DNA of 47,459 nt from Candidatus Parvarchaeota archaeon. Its GTDB lineage: Archaea > Nanobdellota > Nanobdellia > JAFCGN01. A model generated the notes under the pieces. It had not been told where the DNA came from. It did no database searches and was given only the letters and a program-made list of their open reading frames with translations. Position numbers and translations under genes: made by a program. This document shows positions 29,093 to 38,640 of this stretch, piece by piece (positions within the stretch are counted from its first letter, which is position 1; the number at the start of each line of letters is the position of its first letter). The stretch spans positions 1 through 47,459 of the forward strand of contig JAFCEQ010000003.1 in the NCBI GenBank assembly GCA_017609105.1. The letters run 5' to 3'.

Positions 29093-29320
29093 TCAATCAC
29101 TTGATTTAATAGTTTCATTTAACTCTTTTAACAATTTTTCAATATCAATTGAATATTTATTGCAAATATCTGAAAGTTTTAATAAACCAATTTCAAACAT
29201 TGCTAACGGACATGATAAGCAAGGCACATTATATTTTAATAATATCTCACTTGTTCCAGGAAAATCTAAAATCTCAGCCAAAGTCATGTTTTTTGTAATT
29301 TTTTTAATATTTTTTTTCAT
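29093..29320 (-). CDS. DUF1858 domain protein
   Basis: ITKNMTLAEIL...CLSCPLA.FE..L..IC..Y.ID...LL.ELN. Confidence 0.8.
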   Translation of the reverse strand: MKKNIKKITKNMTLAEILDFPGTSEILLKYNVPCLSCPLAMFEIGLLKLSDICNKYSIDIEKLLKELNETIKSSD

Positions 29321-29347
29321 TAGTTTTCACACCCAATTTTTTTTTAA

Positions 29348-29418
29348 TGCGCTTGCCGGGATTTGAACCCGGGTCTCAAGCTTGGGAAGCTTGCATCCTG
29401 CCACTGAACGACAAGCGC
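29348..29418 (-). tRNA. tRNA-Gly(CCC)
   Basis: GCGCTTG/CAAGCGC acceptor, CAAGC-TT-CCC-AA-GCTTG anticodon arm, TTCAAAT T-loop. Confidence 0.95.
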
Positions 29419-29520
29419 TCAAAAAAGATTAATAAATCCTTGTTTTTTTGAAAAAACTTTTATTTTTTAATAAATTTTGTTCAATAAAGTTTTTTAATTT
29501 GTTTTACTTCTTAATTCTTC

Positions 29521-29967
29521 ATGAAAAAAGATTTTTTTTTAATCTCTGCTTTTCTTTTAATGATTTTAAGTTATTTTATAATCACTTCTTTTTTCACAAA
29601 TTTTAATCCTTTCATAGAAAAAAATTTTAAATACAAAATCAATTTTTGCACTAATACTTCTTCTGATGAAAGAGGGAATTTTATTAATGTTAAAGTAGAG
29701 AATAATTCAATTATTTTTAATCAAACCTTAATTCTTTATTGTAATGCAAATAATGAAACCCTTAAATTAAGGTATGAGCATAAAAATAATGAAATTATTG
29801 TGAAAGAAGTATTTGATTCTAAGATTATTGCAAGGTGTCTTTGCCCAACAAGTATTGAAGGAAGCATAATAAATCTTGAAAACGGAGAATACGCTCTCAA
29901 GTTTTTGTTTATTAACAAGTACTTAGGTTTAGAAGAAGAGTTAGATTATTTTGAAGTTAAAATTTAG
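29521..29967 (+). CDS. Membrane-anchored/secreted hypothetical protein
   Basis: N-terminal TM then a beta-rich domain with four Cys (including CLC). Confidence 0.65.
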   Translation: MKKDFFLISAFLLMILSYFIITSFFTNFNPFIEKNFKYKINFCTNTSSDERGNFINVKVENNSIIFNQTLILYCNANNETLKLRYEHKNNEIIVKEVFDSKIIARCLCPTSIEGSIINLENGEYALKFLFINKYLGLEEELDYFEVKI

Positions 29968-30857
29968 AAAAACTTGTTAAAGCGTGAATTTAATTTAAAA
30001 TCTTCTGTGTAAATCCTTGTTTTAATACCTGTGTTATAAAATATTTTTTTATAAAACATGAACGCGTAATCTGCTCTTTGCCCTTGTCCTCCAAACACGT
30101 GTTCCAAGTTTTTTTTGAATTCTTCTTCAAGTTTTAATGGCAGGGTTAATGCATTAGTGTTCTTCCATAAAGCAAGGTAAAGATTCTCTTTGTATTTTTT
30201 TGAATCCCCAGTGCTTTCCTTATACTCTGATAACTCTTGATAAACTTCAAAAATTCCTATAGAAATATCGTTTTCTTTCAAAGGTTTTTTCATTTCCTTA
30301 TGGTTATTATAGTTTTTAATAATATAAGAAGTGTCTATGAATCCTATTGTCCTTGTTTTTACTGGATTTCCAAGAAAAAAAAGAAATGGTTTAAGCAATT
30401 TGAGTTCAACTTCTTCTTCATCAATACTTTTTGTTAAAAACTTTTTTTTAAATTGTTCTGCTTCACTTCTTAAATTCTTATCAATTGTTTTTAAAGTAAA
30501 AGAGTTTTCTTTCATTCGATTTAATTTTTTGTAAAAAACGTTTTCATACTTTCTTCTAATAATGTATTCTTGTTCTGCCAAGCCTTGTTGAAATGATAAA
30601 AGGATTTTGTATAAAGTATTTCCATTAAGCAAGTAAGAGCAAATGTGTTTTAAGTACTTTTGATCAGTATAAATGAATTTTGAAGGTTTTTTAAGAATGC
30701 CAAGAATTTCTTCTAAAGAATTAAACTCATTTCTTCTTGATTTTTTGATTTCATTAAATAATAATTCATAAATGTTTTTTTCTTCTATAATTTTTTCAAG
30801 AGATTCATCAAGTTTTAGTGCGCAAACAATATTTTTTATTCGTTCTCTTATTTTCAT
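29964..30857 (-). CDS. Protein with C-terminal PIN-like domain
   Basis: FIDTSYII...EVYQEL...RADYA...IYTED matches the PIN acidic tetrad. Confidence 0.6.
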   Translation of the reverse strand: MKIRERIKNIVCALKLDESLEKIIEEKNIYELLFNEIKKSRRNEFNSLEEILGILKKPSKFIYTDQKYLKHICSYLLNGNTLYKILLSFQQGLAEQEYIIRRKYENVFYKKLNRMKENSFTLKTIDKNLRSEAEQFKKKFLTKSIDEEEVELKLLKPFLFFLGNPVKTRTIGFIDTSYIIKNYNNHKEMKKPLKENDISIGIFEVYQELSEYKESTGDSKKYKENLYLALWKNTNALTLPLKLEEEFKKNLEHVFGGQGQRADYAFMFYKKIFYNTGIKTRIYTEDFKLNSRFNKFF

Positions 30858-30956
30858 TATAATTTTTAAGCAAAATATTGCTTTTTTTAAATTTTTATAA
30901 AATGTTTTAAAAACGTTTTTTAAAATCTTTTAAAGGAGCATTTATTATTAAAATAT

Positions 30957-31673
30957 ATGAAAAAACATAAAGAAGAGTTTGATATTTATGCTGGAGTGTT
31001 TGATAATTACACTATTAATCTTCTTTATCAAATAATGAATAAAGGTTATTTCACAGAATTTAAAGGAATAATTAGTGAAGGCAAAGAAGCAAATGTTTTT
31101 CTTGCTAAAAATAATAAAAAATTCTTAGCTATTAAGATATTTAAAACAGAAACAAGCAGTTTTAGAAGAATAAAAGAATACATGTTAGGTGATCCAAGGT
31201 TTCCGAGAATAACAAAAAATTTTAGAAAACTTGTTTTCTTATGGACTCAAAAGGAGTATAAGAATCTTATGAGAGCATATGAAAAAGGAGTTAGTGTTCC
31301 TAAACCAATTTATAACTTAAAAAATGTTATTTTAATGGAATTAATTCATGATAAAAACTTTAATCCTTCGCCTCCCATAAATAAGTGTAAGAGTCTTAAT
31401 TATAAAAAAATGTATTCATTAGTGATTAAAGAGTATGAAAAAATTTTAGATTCAGGGCTTGTTCATGCTGATTTCTCAGAATATAATATTCTTAATAGGA
31501 ATAATAAACCAGTGATTATTGATTGGGCGCAAGCAATTCTTATTGAACACCCGAGAGTGTTGGAATTCATGGAAAGAGATTTAGTAAACATAAATAAGTG
31601 GTTTAAGAATAAAGGGGTTATTGTGAATGATGAACTCATAGATAAGTTTAAAAGAAAGATAATTGAAAAATAA
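30957..31673 (+). CDS. rio1: RIO1 serine/threonine kinase
   Basis: ISEGKEANVF, AIKIF, KEYKNL, LVHADFSEYNIL, IIDWAQA. Confidence 0.95.
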   Translation: MKKHKEEFDIYAGVFDNYTINLLYQIMNKGYFTEFKGIISEGKEANVFLAKNNKKFLAIKIFKTETSSFRRIKEYMLGDPRFPRITKNFRKLVFLWTQKEYKNLMRAYEKGVSVPKPIYNLKNVILMELIHDKNFNPSPPINKCKSLNYKKMYSLVIKEYEKILDSGLVHADFSEYNILNRNNKPVIIDWAQAILIEHPRVLEFMERDLVNINKWFKNKGVIVNDELIDKFKRKIIEK

Positions 31674-32220
31674 TTATATGTTTGAAGAAGAATTATTAAT
31701 TCCTGAGCAAAGAGTTGGTTTTTTAATAGGAAAAGAAGGAAAATCTAAAAAAAAGCTTGAGAAAGAATTAAAAGTTAAAATAAAGGTTTCAAGAAATGGA
31801 AGAGTTGAGATAAGAAGTGATGATTCTTTAACTCTATTTATTGCAAAACTTGTTATTAAAGCAATAGGAAGAGGGTTTTCAGTAAAGAATGCATTAATGT
31901 TAAAAAATGAAAATTATTCTTTTGAATTAATAGAATTAAGGGATTACGGAAGAAATAAAGAAGATATTAAAAGAATTAAATCAAGAATTATTGGGAGGGA
32001 AGGTTTAAGCAAAAAAAAAATAGAGGAGACAACTGAAAGCATGGTAATAATTTATGGCGACACTGTTGGGATTATTGGAGAAATAGAAGATGTTATGCTT
32101 GCGAAAACAGCTGTTGAAATGTTAATAAACGGTGCTAAGCATTCAAATGTTTTTACTTTTCTTGAAAAAAAAAGAAAAGAAAATAAGATGAGAAGAATGC
32201 TTGAAACTCATAAACATTAA
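31663..32220 (+). CDS. KH-domain rRNA processing protein (Dim2/Pno1/Krr1-like)
   Basis: LIGKEG, KAIGRGFS, RIIGREG, GAKHSNV. Likely start at ATG 31678. Confidence 0.92.
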   Translation: MKNNYMFEEELLIPEQRVGFLIGKEGKSKKKLEKELKVKIKVSRNGRVEIRSDDSLTLFIAKLVIKAIGRGFSVKNALMLKNENYSFELIELRDYGRNKEDIKRIKSRIIGREGLSKKKIEETTESMVIIYGDTVGIIGEIEDVMLAKTAVEMLINGAKHSNVFTFLEKKRKENKMRRMLETHKH

Positions 32221-32303
32221 GTTCTCTCTAACAAATTATTTAAACAAGTTGTTAATTATGATTTGTGTAAGCGAAGATAACAGGAGAAAAGAGGGATTTT
32301 TTT

Positions 32304-34244
32304 ATGAATAAAGATACTATTGCACATGAATTGGCAAAAGCTCAGAAAAGTATTAGTGTAGCTGAATTTTTTGAGAAGAACAGGCATTTGCTTGGGTTTG
32401 ATTCTCCAATAAAAGCAATCCTAACATGTGTTAAAGAAGCAGTAGATAATTCTTTAGATGCGAGTGAAGAAATTATTTTTGAATTAAAAAGAAGAGCATT
32501 TAAATTATATAAAGAGTATCAAAGCTTGAAAGATAAGAATATTGAAAAAGCTAAAAAAATAAAAGAAAAATTGAATGATTTAAAAAAAGAAATAGTTCAT
32601 GTGCTGCCTGATATTGAAGTAAAAGTGAGTGAAGCACAAGAAGAATTTAGAATAATTGATAAAAGTAATACGAGAAGAGGAACTCTTGTTTTAAGAAAAA
32701 ATGGAAATAATACAATTAGAATAGATGATAAAGAATTAAAATTTGAAAGGCAAAGGGTTTCAAGTTTTAAATTAAAAAATATTGAAATGGAGGTTTCTGC
32801 TGTTAAAAATAATAAAGGGGAATACGTGATTGAGTATTCTTCTGAAAACATAAAAGAAAAATTTATTGGAAAAAAAACAAGTACTACAAGATATGTTGTG
32901 AGTGTTCAAGATAATGGTCCTGGAATTGTCCCTGAACAGATTCCGAAAATTTTCTGCAAACTACTTTATGGTTCTAAATTCCAATCATTAGGCGGTGGAA
33001 AACAAAGCAGGGGGCAGCAAGGAATTGGAATAAGCGCTGCCGTGCTTTACGGGCAATTAACTACTGGCATGCCAGCATATGTTGTTTCAAGAATAAGCCC
33101 GAAAGATCCTGCTGTTTATTATAAATTATTAATTGACACGCTTAATAATAATCCTGAAATTGTTGAGAAAGGTTTTGATGATAATTTTTCTTTAGAGCAT
33201 GGCACAAGAGTAGAGATTGAACTTGAAGGCAATTACTTAAGTAGTGGAGATAAAAGCATTTTTGAATTTCTAAGATTAACAAGTATTGCTAATCCTTATG
33301 CTAAAATAACTTTCATTGACCCTTTTGGTAAAAAAACAATTTTTCAAAGAACTACTGAGAAACCGCCTAAAGAGCCTTTAAGAGTGAAAGCTCATCCTCA
33401 TGGAATAGAAATTGGTACTTTGCAGAGAATGGCGAAAACCACTGATAAAAGAAGTCTTTTATCTTTTTTAACTCAGGATTTCAGTAGAATTGGGGCTTCC
33501 AAAGCAAAAGAAATATTGAAAAAAAGTAAACTTGACCCAAGAATGAAACCATCTGAATTAACAAGAAATCAGGTTGAAAACTTGCTCAAAAAAATTCAAA
33601 ACACAAATATTATGAAACCTCCTACAGATTGTTTAAGCCCAATAGAGCATGAAGCAATAATAAAAGAGCTTAAAGCAGAGTTTGAACCAGAATTCGTGAC
33701 TGCAATAACAAGAGAGCCAAGCGTTTATAGGGGAATGCCTTTTCAAATAGAAGTGGCAATAGCGTACGGAGGAGGTCTTAAAGAAGAAACTCGCTTAATA
33801 AGATTTGCTAATAAAGTTCCTTTAATGTATGAAAGAGGGGCTTGCGCTATTACAAAAGCAGTAAGTGATGTTGATTGGAGGAGATATGGTTTAAGTCAAA
33901 GCGGTGGAAAAGGACTTCCTCAAGGAAAAATAGCGATTCTCGTTCATATTTGCAGTGTTTGGGTGCCTTTCACAAGCGAGAGTAAAGCAGCAATTGCAAG
34001 TTATCCGATTATTTTAAAAGAAATAAAATTAGCATTACAAGAATGCGCGAGACAATTAAATAATTATTTAAGAAAGCGTCATAGGGAACAAAGAAAAAAA
34101 CAGAGAATAAACATTTTTGTTAAGTACTCAACAGAACTTGTGTCAGCATTATCAAGATTAACAGGCAAGAATGAAGAAGAAGTTGAAGTAATAATGAAAG
34201 ATTGTTTAACAAAAAGGTATGGTGATGATTATGTTAACAGATAA
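32304..34244 (+). CDS. top6B: DNA topoisomerase VI subunit B
   Basis: SVAEFFEKN, EAVDNSLDA, DNGPGI, QSRGQQGIG, RFANKVPL. Confidence 0.96.
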   Translation: MNKDTIAHELAKAQKSISVAEFFEKNRHLLGFDSPIKAILTCVKEAVDNSLDASEEIIFELKRRAFKLYKEYQSLKDKNIEKAKKIKEKLNDLKKEIVHVLPDIEVKVSEAQEEFRIIDKSNTRRGTLVLRKNGNNTIRIDDKELKFERQRVSSFKLKNIEMEVSAVKNNKGEYVIEYSSENIKEKFIGKKTSTTRYVVSVQDNGPGIVPEQIPKIFCKLLYGSKFQSLGGGKQSRGQQGIGISAAVLYGQLTTGMPAYVVSRISPKDPAVYYKLLIDTLNNNPEIVEKGFDDNFSLEHGTRVEIELEGNYLSSGDKSIFEFLRLTSIANPYAKITFIDPFGKKTIFQRTTEKPPKEPLRVKAHPHGIEIGTLQRMAKTTDKRSLLSFLTQDFSRIGASKAKEILKKSKLDPRMKPSELTRNQVENLLKKIQNTNIMKPPTDCLSPIEHEAIIKELKAEFEPEFVTAITREPSVYRGMPFQIEVAIAYGGGLKEETRLIRFANKVPLMYERGACAITKAVSDVDWRRYGLSQSGGKGLPQGKIAILVHICSVWVPFTSESKAAIASYPIILKEIKLALQECARQLNNYLRKRHREQRKKQRINIFVKYSTELVSALSRLTGKNEEEVEVIMKDCLTKRYGDDYVNR

Positions 34245-35319
34245 AGAAATTGTTGAAAGATTAGTAAAAATTGGAATTAAAGTATTAGATGATTTAAAAA
34301 AAGGTGAAAATCCTGCCTTAAACATTCCTTTAAGGAGTTTACGCAATGTTTATTATGATGAGAACACGGGATTAATAAAATTAAAAGATTCTTTTCAAGA
34401 AAGGTATTATTTCAATATTGGGCAATCAAAAAAGTTTATGCAAACAATTCTTATTGCTGATAGAATAAAATGGCTTGTAGAACAGAATAAAACATTAAGT
34501 ATTCGTCAATTATTCTATACTTTAAAACATACTATACCTGGTTTTAAAGAAAACACTTTTGATTCTCAGGATGAAAGCGATCCAATAATCGAGGATATTG
34601 AAGTATTAATTAATGTTTTAAGAGAAAACCTGAATTTGTTTGCAAGCAGTAAAGGAGTTTTAGCAGGTCCTATGACAATAATTGATAGTGGAGACGAAAT
34701 TGACATAAGCAAGTTAGGAAGCGCTGGTTATGGCGTGCCTGGAATTGTAGAACCTGATGTTATAAAATTCAAGGATTGCAGTGCAGATTATGTTCTTGTT
34801 GTGGAAAAAGATGCTGTGTGGGCAAGATTAAATGAAGATAAGTATTGGAAGAAAAATAATTGTCTTTTATTAACTGGTAAAGGACAGCCAAGCAGGGCTG
34901 AAAGAAGAATTCTCAGAAGATTGCATAATGAATTAAAATTACCTGTTTATGTGTTCACTGATATGGATCCTTGGGGGTATTACATTTACAGTGTTTACAA
35001 GCAGGGAAGCATTAACTTAGCGTATTTTTCAGAAAAAAGCGGAGTGCCTAACGCGAAATTCCTTGGATTCAAAATGAGTGATGTTAAGAATTTTGAAATG
35101 CCTCAAGATTCTTTTATTAAAATGGGTGATCAAGATTATAAAAGATTAAAGGAGTTAAGTTCTTACGCTTGGTTCCAAACAAAGGAATGGCAGAAAGAAT
35201 TAAAAGAGCTTAAGAAATTCGGGAACAAGATTGAACAAGACGCGCTTGTAATGAAAGGCATTGAATTTGCTGCGAAAGAGTATTTACCAAAAAAGATTGA
35301 AAACAAGGATTGGATTTAA
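34231..35319 (+). CDS. top6A: DNA topoisomerase VI subunit A
   Basis: SIRQLFY, VVEKDA, GKGQP, TDMDPWG. ATG 34231 follows GGTGA. Confidence 0.96.
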   Translation: MLTDKEIVERLVKIGIKVLDDLKKGENPALNIPLRSLRNVYYDENTGLIKLKDSFQERYYFNIGQSKKFMQTILIADRIKWLVEQNKTLSIRQLFYTLKHTIPGFKENTFDSQDESDPIIEDIEVLINVLRENLNLFASSKGVLAGPMTIIDSGDEIDISKLGSAGYGVPGIVEPDVIKFKDCSADYVLVVEKDAVWARLNEDKYWKKNNCLLLTGKGQPSRAERRILRRLHNELKLPVYVFTDMDPWGYYIYSVYKQGSINLAYFSEKSGVPNAKFLGFKMSDVKNFEMPQDSFIKMGDQDYKRLKELSSYAWFQTKEWQKELKELKKFGNKIEQDALVMKGIEFAAKEYLPKKIENKDWI

Positions 35320-35334
35320 GTTAAAAAAATTTTT

Positions 35335-36555
35335 TTATTTGCCTTGTGTTTTTCTTCTTATGTACTCATTAACATAATCTTTTATTAATTTAGTAACGTT
35401 TTCATTAAATTTATTAAGGATTGATTCAATTTCAGTAACTTCTTTCTCATTTAAAAGAGAACTAATGCTTTCAATGTTCTCAGCATAGAACGGCCAGAAG
35501 CAATACATTGAATACAAGTAATTCAAATTCTTTTTTGTGTTTTCATCAGATATTTTCTCATCATTTTTTTTATTTGGTTCTTCTAAATAATTCTTATAAA
35601 CTCCCATAACTTTTTCAAATAATTTATTAAATTTTTTTTCATTTTTTTTAACAAAGTTTACGAAATCTTTGTAAATATCTTCTTCATTTATGCCTGCTTC
35701 TTTAATCCAAGCTTTTAGATTATTATAATCTTTATCACTTGCTTTATCAAGGATTTCTTTAATCACTTCTGAAAGCATTTTCTTCCTTTCTTTCCCAACA
35801 TCTCCTTGTTCAGGCAGTTCTTCATCTATTTTAATGTCTTTAATCTCTTTTTTTTCAATCCTGCTTACCTTCCCGCTTGTTTCAGGAATTTCTTCAAGTT
35901 CTACTATTTCTTTCTTGCTCTCCTCTAACCTTTCCTGCGTTTTTTGCTTCACTATTTTTAACATATTTATTTCTTCTTGAATTTCTTTTTTCTCTTCTTC
36001 AGGCGCTTTTCCCATTTTTTTCTCAAGTTCATCTATTCTTTTAAGAATTAAATCTAATTTTTCTTCTTCTTTCTCCTTGGCTTTTTTTTCTAAAGCTTCA
36101 ACTTCAGCTTTTAATTCACTTACTTCTTCAAGTTTTTTATGCATTCTTTTCAATAATTTTTTTAACTCAGACACTTTATCTTTTAATGAATCTAATTTAG
36201 TGTTTAAATCCTCACAAATAATTTGATAATCCATTATTGCTTTCTTCCTGTCTTTTCTTGTAGAAATGCTTTGAATAGCCATTGCTTTTTTTATTATTAA
36301 ATCATTTATTTCATAACTTAAGTTGTATAATTCTTCTAAAACACTTCTTTCTTTTTTTTCAAAACGTTTTATTTTTTTCAAATCGCTTTCAATGTCTTCA
36401 ACCGCGTTTACTTGACTTTTATTAATATCTTTAATTTTTTCTTCTTGTTTCAATTCTTTTTTTTGTTCTTTTGTTTCCTTCTCTAATTTTTTTTCCTCTT
36501 CTTCTGTTTTCTTTATTTCTTCTTTTAATACTTTTTTTTCATCAATTGTCGCCAT
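35335..36555 (-). CDS. Long E/K-rich coiled-coil protein
   Basis: 406 aa with heptad periodicity over the N-terminal ~230 aa. Confidence 0.75.
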   Translation of the reverse strand: MATIDEKKVLKEEIKKTEEEEKKLEKETKEQKKELKQEEKIKDINKSQVNAVEDIESDLKKIKRFEKKERSVLEELYNLSYEINDLIIKKAMAIQSISTRKDRKKAIMDYQIICEDLNTKLDSLKDKVSELKKLLKRMHKKLEEVSELKAEVEALEKKAKEKEEEKLDLILKRIDELEKKMGKAPEEEKKEIQEEINMLKIVKQKTQERLEESKKEIVELEEIPETSGKVSRIEKKEIKDIKIDEELPEQGDVGKERKKMLSEVIKEILDKASDKDYNNLKAWIKEAGINEEDIYKDFVNFVKKNEKKFNKLFEKVMGVYKNYLEEPNKKNDEKISDENTKKNLNYLYSMYCFWPFYAENIESISSLLNEKEVTEIESILNKFNENVTKLIKDYVNEYIRRKTQGK

Positions 36556-36677
36556 ATTATCACTTAATCCAATATCTTTTTTATTATACTTTCATTTCAA
36601 GTTTTTTCTCTTCTTCTTGTTTTAATTCTTTTTCAATTTTTTCTTTCTCTTCTTCTGTTTTCTTTATTTCTTCTTTT
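36496..36677. repeat. Identical 31-bp direct repeat (36496-36526 and 36647-36677)
   Basis: ctcttcttctgttttctttatttcttctttt occurs in both adjacent genes (KEEIKKTEEE). Confidence 0.85.
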
Positions 36678-37336
36678 GTTTGTTTAAGTTCTTCTTCTGT
36701 TTGTTTAAGTTCTTCTTCTGTTTCCTTAACATCAGTTAACATTTCTTTTTTTCTTTTCTCTAATCCTATTAAACTTGTTCTAATAAAATTCCATTTATTC
36801 GTCCATAAATCATAAAGATTTTTAGAAATATTAATAAGATTTTCAGATAATTCCTTTTGCTTTTCTTGAGATGTATAAATTTCTTCAATGTTCGGGTTTT
36901 TTTCAGAAAACAAATCTGCTTCTTCTTTATACATTTTAATTAATTGATTTGTTGTTTCAGCAAAATTTCTTCCTTCTTCAATTTCAATTAATTCAAGATC
37001 TCTTAACCCGCTTTCAATGCTTGATAAGCTTCCTTCAAAAGCTTCGCGATTTGTTTCCCTAAAATTTCTTAATCTTTTAAGCGCTCGCTTGTGAAAAAAC
37101 CCTATTCTTCCTTGCTTCTCAGCAATTTGTTCCTCATCACTAATCTCTCTTTTAATATTTTTACTAACAGAATACTTGCGTGACAAGAATTTAAAAGGAT
37201 AATAAAAAGGAGCAAATAATATTTTAAGGATTGTTATCAAAAAATTTCCTTTTTTGTTCAAAAACATGTTTTTAATAAATTTATATTTAATTAAATTATT
37301 TTTGGTAAAAAAATATTTAAAAAAGATTGAAAACAA
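36584..37336 (-). CDS. Coiled-coil protein with N-terminal hydrophobic segment
   Basis: Probable start at ATG 37267 (MFLNKKGNFLITILKILF). Heptad-rich C-terminus. Confidence 0.7.
   Translation of the reverse strand: MFSIFFKYFFTKNNLIKYKFIKNMFLNKKGNFLITILKILFAPFYYPFKFLSRKYSVSKNIKREISDEEQIAEKQGRIGFFHKRALKRLRNFRETNREAFEGSLSSIESGLRDLELIEIEEGRNFAETTNQLIKMYKEEADLFSEKNPNIEEIYTSQEKQKELSENLINISKNLYDLWTNKWNFIRTSLIGLEKRKKEMLTDVKETEEELKQTEEELKQTKEEIKKTEEEKEKIEKELKQEEEKKLEMKV
36677..36723. repeat. 21-bp tandem repeat, about 2.2 copies
   Basis: tgtttgtttaagttcttcttc x2, encoding the heptad EEELKQT. Confidence 0.9.
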
Positions 37337-37400
37337 GGATTATGTGAAGAGTATTAATTTTCCAAACACTTAAAAAAAACAAAAATCATTTTTTTAATTA

Positions 37401-37976
37401 ATGGTAAAAGTGTATATTAAGAGTGTTACTCCTGTCTCATCAAAAAGGATTAAGAATGAGGATTTAAGAACAATTCCTTTTTTTATTTCTTATAAAAGAG
37501 CAAATTATTTAAGAAACATGAAGGAAAAACCTAGTTATTTAAGGTATTTAATAAAAAACCTGAATTCTAAAAAAATACTTTATCCTTTTGCAGGAGATTT
37601 AGTGAAGTATAAAAATATTATTGGAGTAGTAAAAGAGATTAAAATTAATTATTCTGATGATAATGATTTCAAAAAATATTTTTATTCAAAACACGTTCCT
37701 GATAAAAGAAAATGGATTACAGTAATTAAACCATTATTTAAGAAAGAATTAGAAGTTAACATGAACTTAATTAACATGAACTTGCTTGACATTATTAAAC
37801 CAAGAAAGATTAAGGAAAGAAGAGTTCTTGATAAATTAGTTAATTATCATGGAAGAGATTATAGGATAACAAGAGTTCATGTTAAGAAAAAATTATTTAA
37901 AAAAGAATTAAGAGCAGTAATTAAGGATTATAATAACAAGGAAACTAATGTTAGTTTAGAAGAAATAATAAAATAA
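37401..37976 (+). CDS. Basic hypothetical protein
   Basis: 191 aa ORF with no recognised family. Confidence 0.6.
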   Translation: MVKVYIKSVTPVSSKRIKNEDLRTIPFFISYKRANYLRNMKEKPSYLRYLIKNLNSKKILYPFAGDLVKYKNIIGVVKEIKINYSDDNDFKKYFYSKHVPDKRKWITVIKPLFKKELEVNMNLINMNLLDIIKPRKIKERRVLDKLVNYHGRDYRITRVHVKKKLFKKELRAVIKDYNNKETNVSLEEIIK

Positions 37977-38000
37977 AAAAAAAATAAATTTTGAAGATAA

Positions 38001-38543
38001 TTACTCTTTTTTAACAAGTGTGACTTCAAAATGCAATGTTTTTCCTGCTAATGGATTATTGAAATCCACTTCAACTTCTTCATCAGTTACTTTTGTAATA
38101 ATTCCTTGCATATTCTGATTTGTTATTAATACCATTCCTTCCTTTATAGTTGTATTATCTTCAAATTGCGCTATTAATTGTTCTTTTGGCAATTTTATTA
38201 TTAGTTCAGGGTTTGGATAACCATATGCTTGTTCAGGGGATAAAATAATTTTCTTTGTTTCTCCTGTTTTCATTCCTTTTACTCCTTCTTCAAATCCTGG
38301 AATTACTTTGTGCTCGCCAACCACAAAATCAATAGGCGCATACCCCCTGCCTTCTTGATAAGCATTATATTGTTTTGCAACAGATTCTATGCTTGTATCA
38401 AAAAGAGTTCCATCCTCAAGAGTTCCAACATAATCCACCCACACGTGGTCTCCGTCTTTAACTTCTTCCATAATAAAACCTCCTGTAATGCCAGTGCAAC
38501 CTAACAGTAGAACTGCAGGAATTATGGCTAAAAATTTTTTCAT
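38001..38543 (-). CDS. FKBP-type peptidyl-prolyl isomerase (SlyD-like) with lipoprotein-like signal
   Basis: VDYVGTLEDGTLFDTS, VIPGFEEG, PEQAYG, DFNNPLAGKTLHF. N-terminal MKK...LLLGC. Confidence 0.92.
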   Translation of the reverse strand: MKKFLAIIPAVLLLGCTGITGGFIMEEVKDGDHVWVDYVGTLEDGTLFDTSIESVAKQYNAYQEGRGYAPIDFVVGEHKVIPGFEEGVKGMKTGETKKIILSPEQAYGYPNPELIIKLPKEQLIAQFEDNTTIKEGMVLITNQNMQGIITKVTDEEVEVDFNNPLAGKTLHFEVTLVKKE

Positions 38544-38640
38544 AATCCCGGTTAATCATGTATCTATTTAAAAATCTTGTTCATGTGTTTATTTTTGAAT
38601 TAAAAAAATAAATAAAGAAGAAAATCAAAGAATTATTAAG

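Noticed and set aside
28902-29375. Identical 21-nt gccgggatttgaacccgggtc in two places as possible attL/attR
   Set aside because: Both copies are T arms of complete tRNAs (Glu, Gly), and no integrase is present.
32472-32885. Intein in Top6B
   Set aside because: There is no Cys/Ser start with a His-Asn end and no homing endonuclease motifs.
36496-36723. Repeats as a CRISPR array
   Set aside because: They are low-complexity, in-frame coding repeats with no spacers or cas genes.
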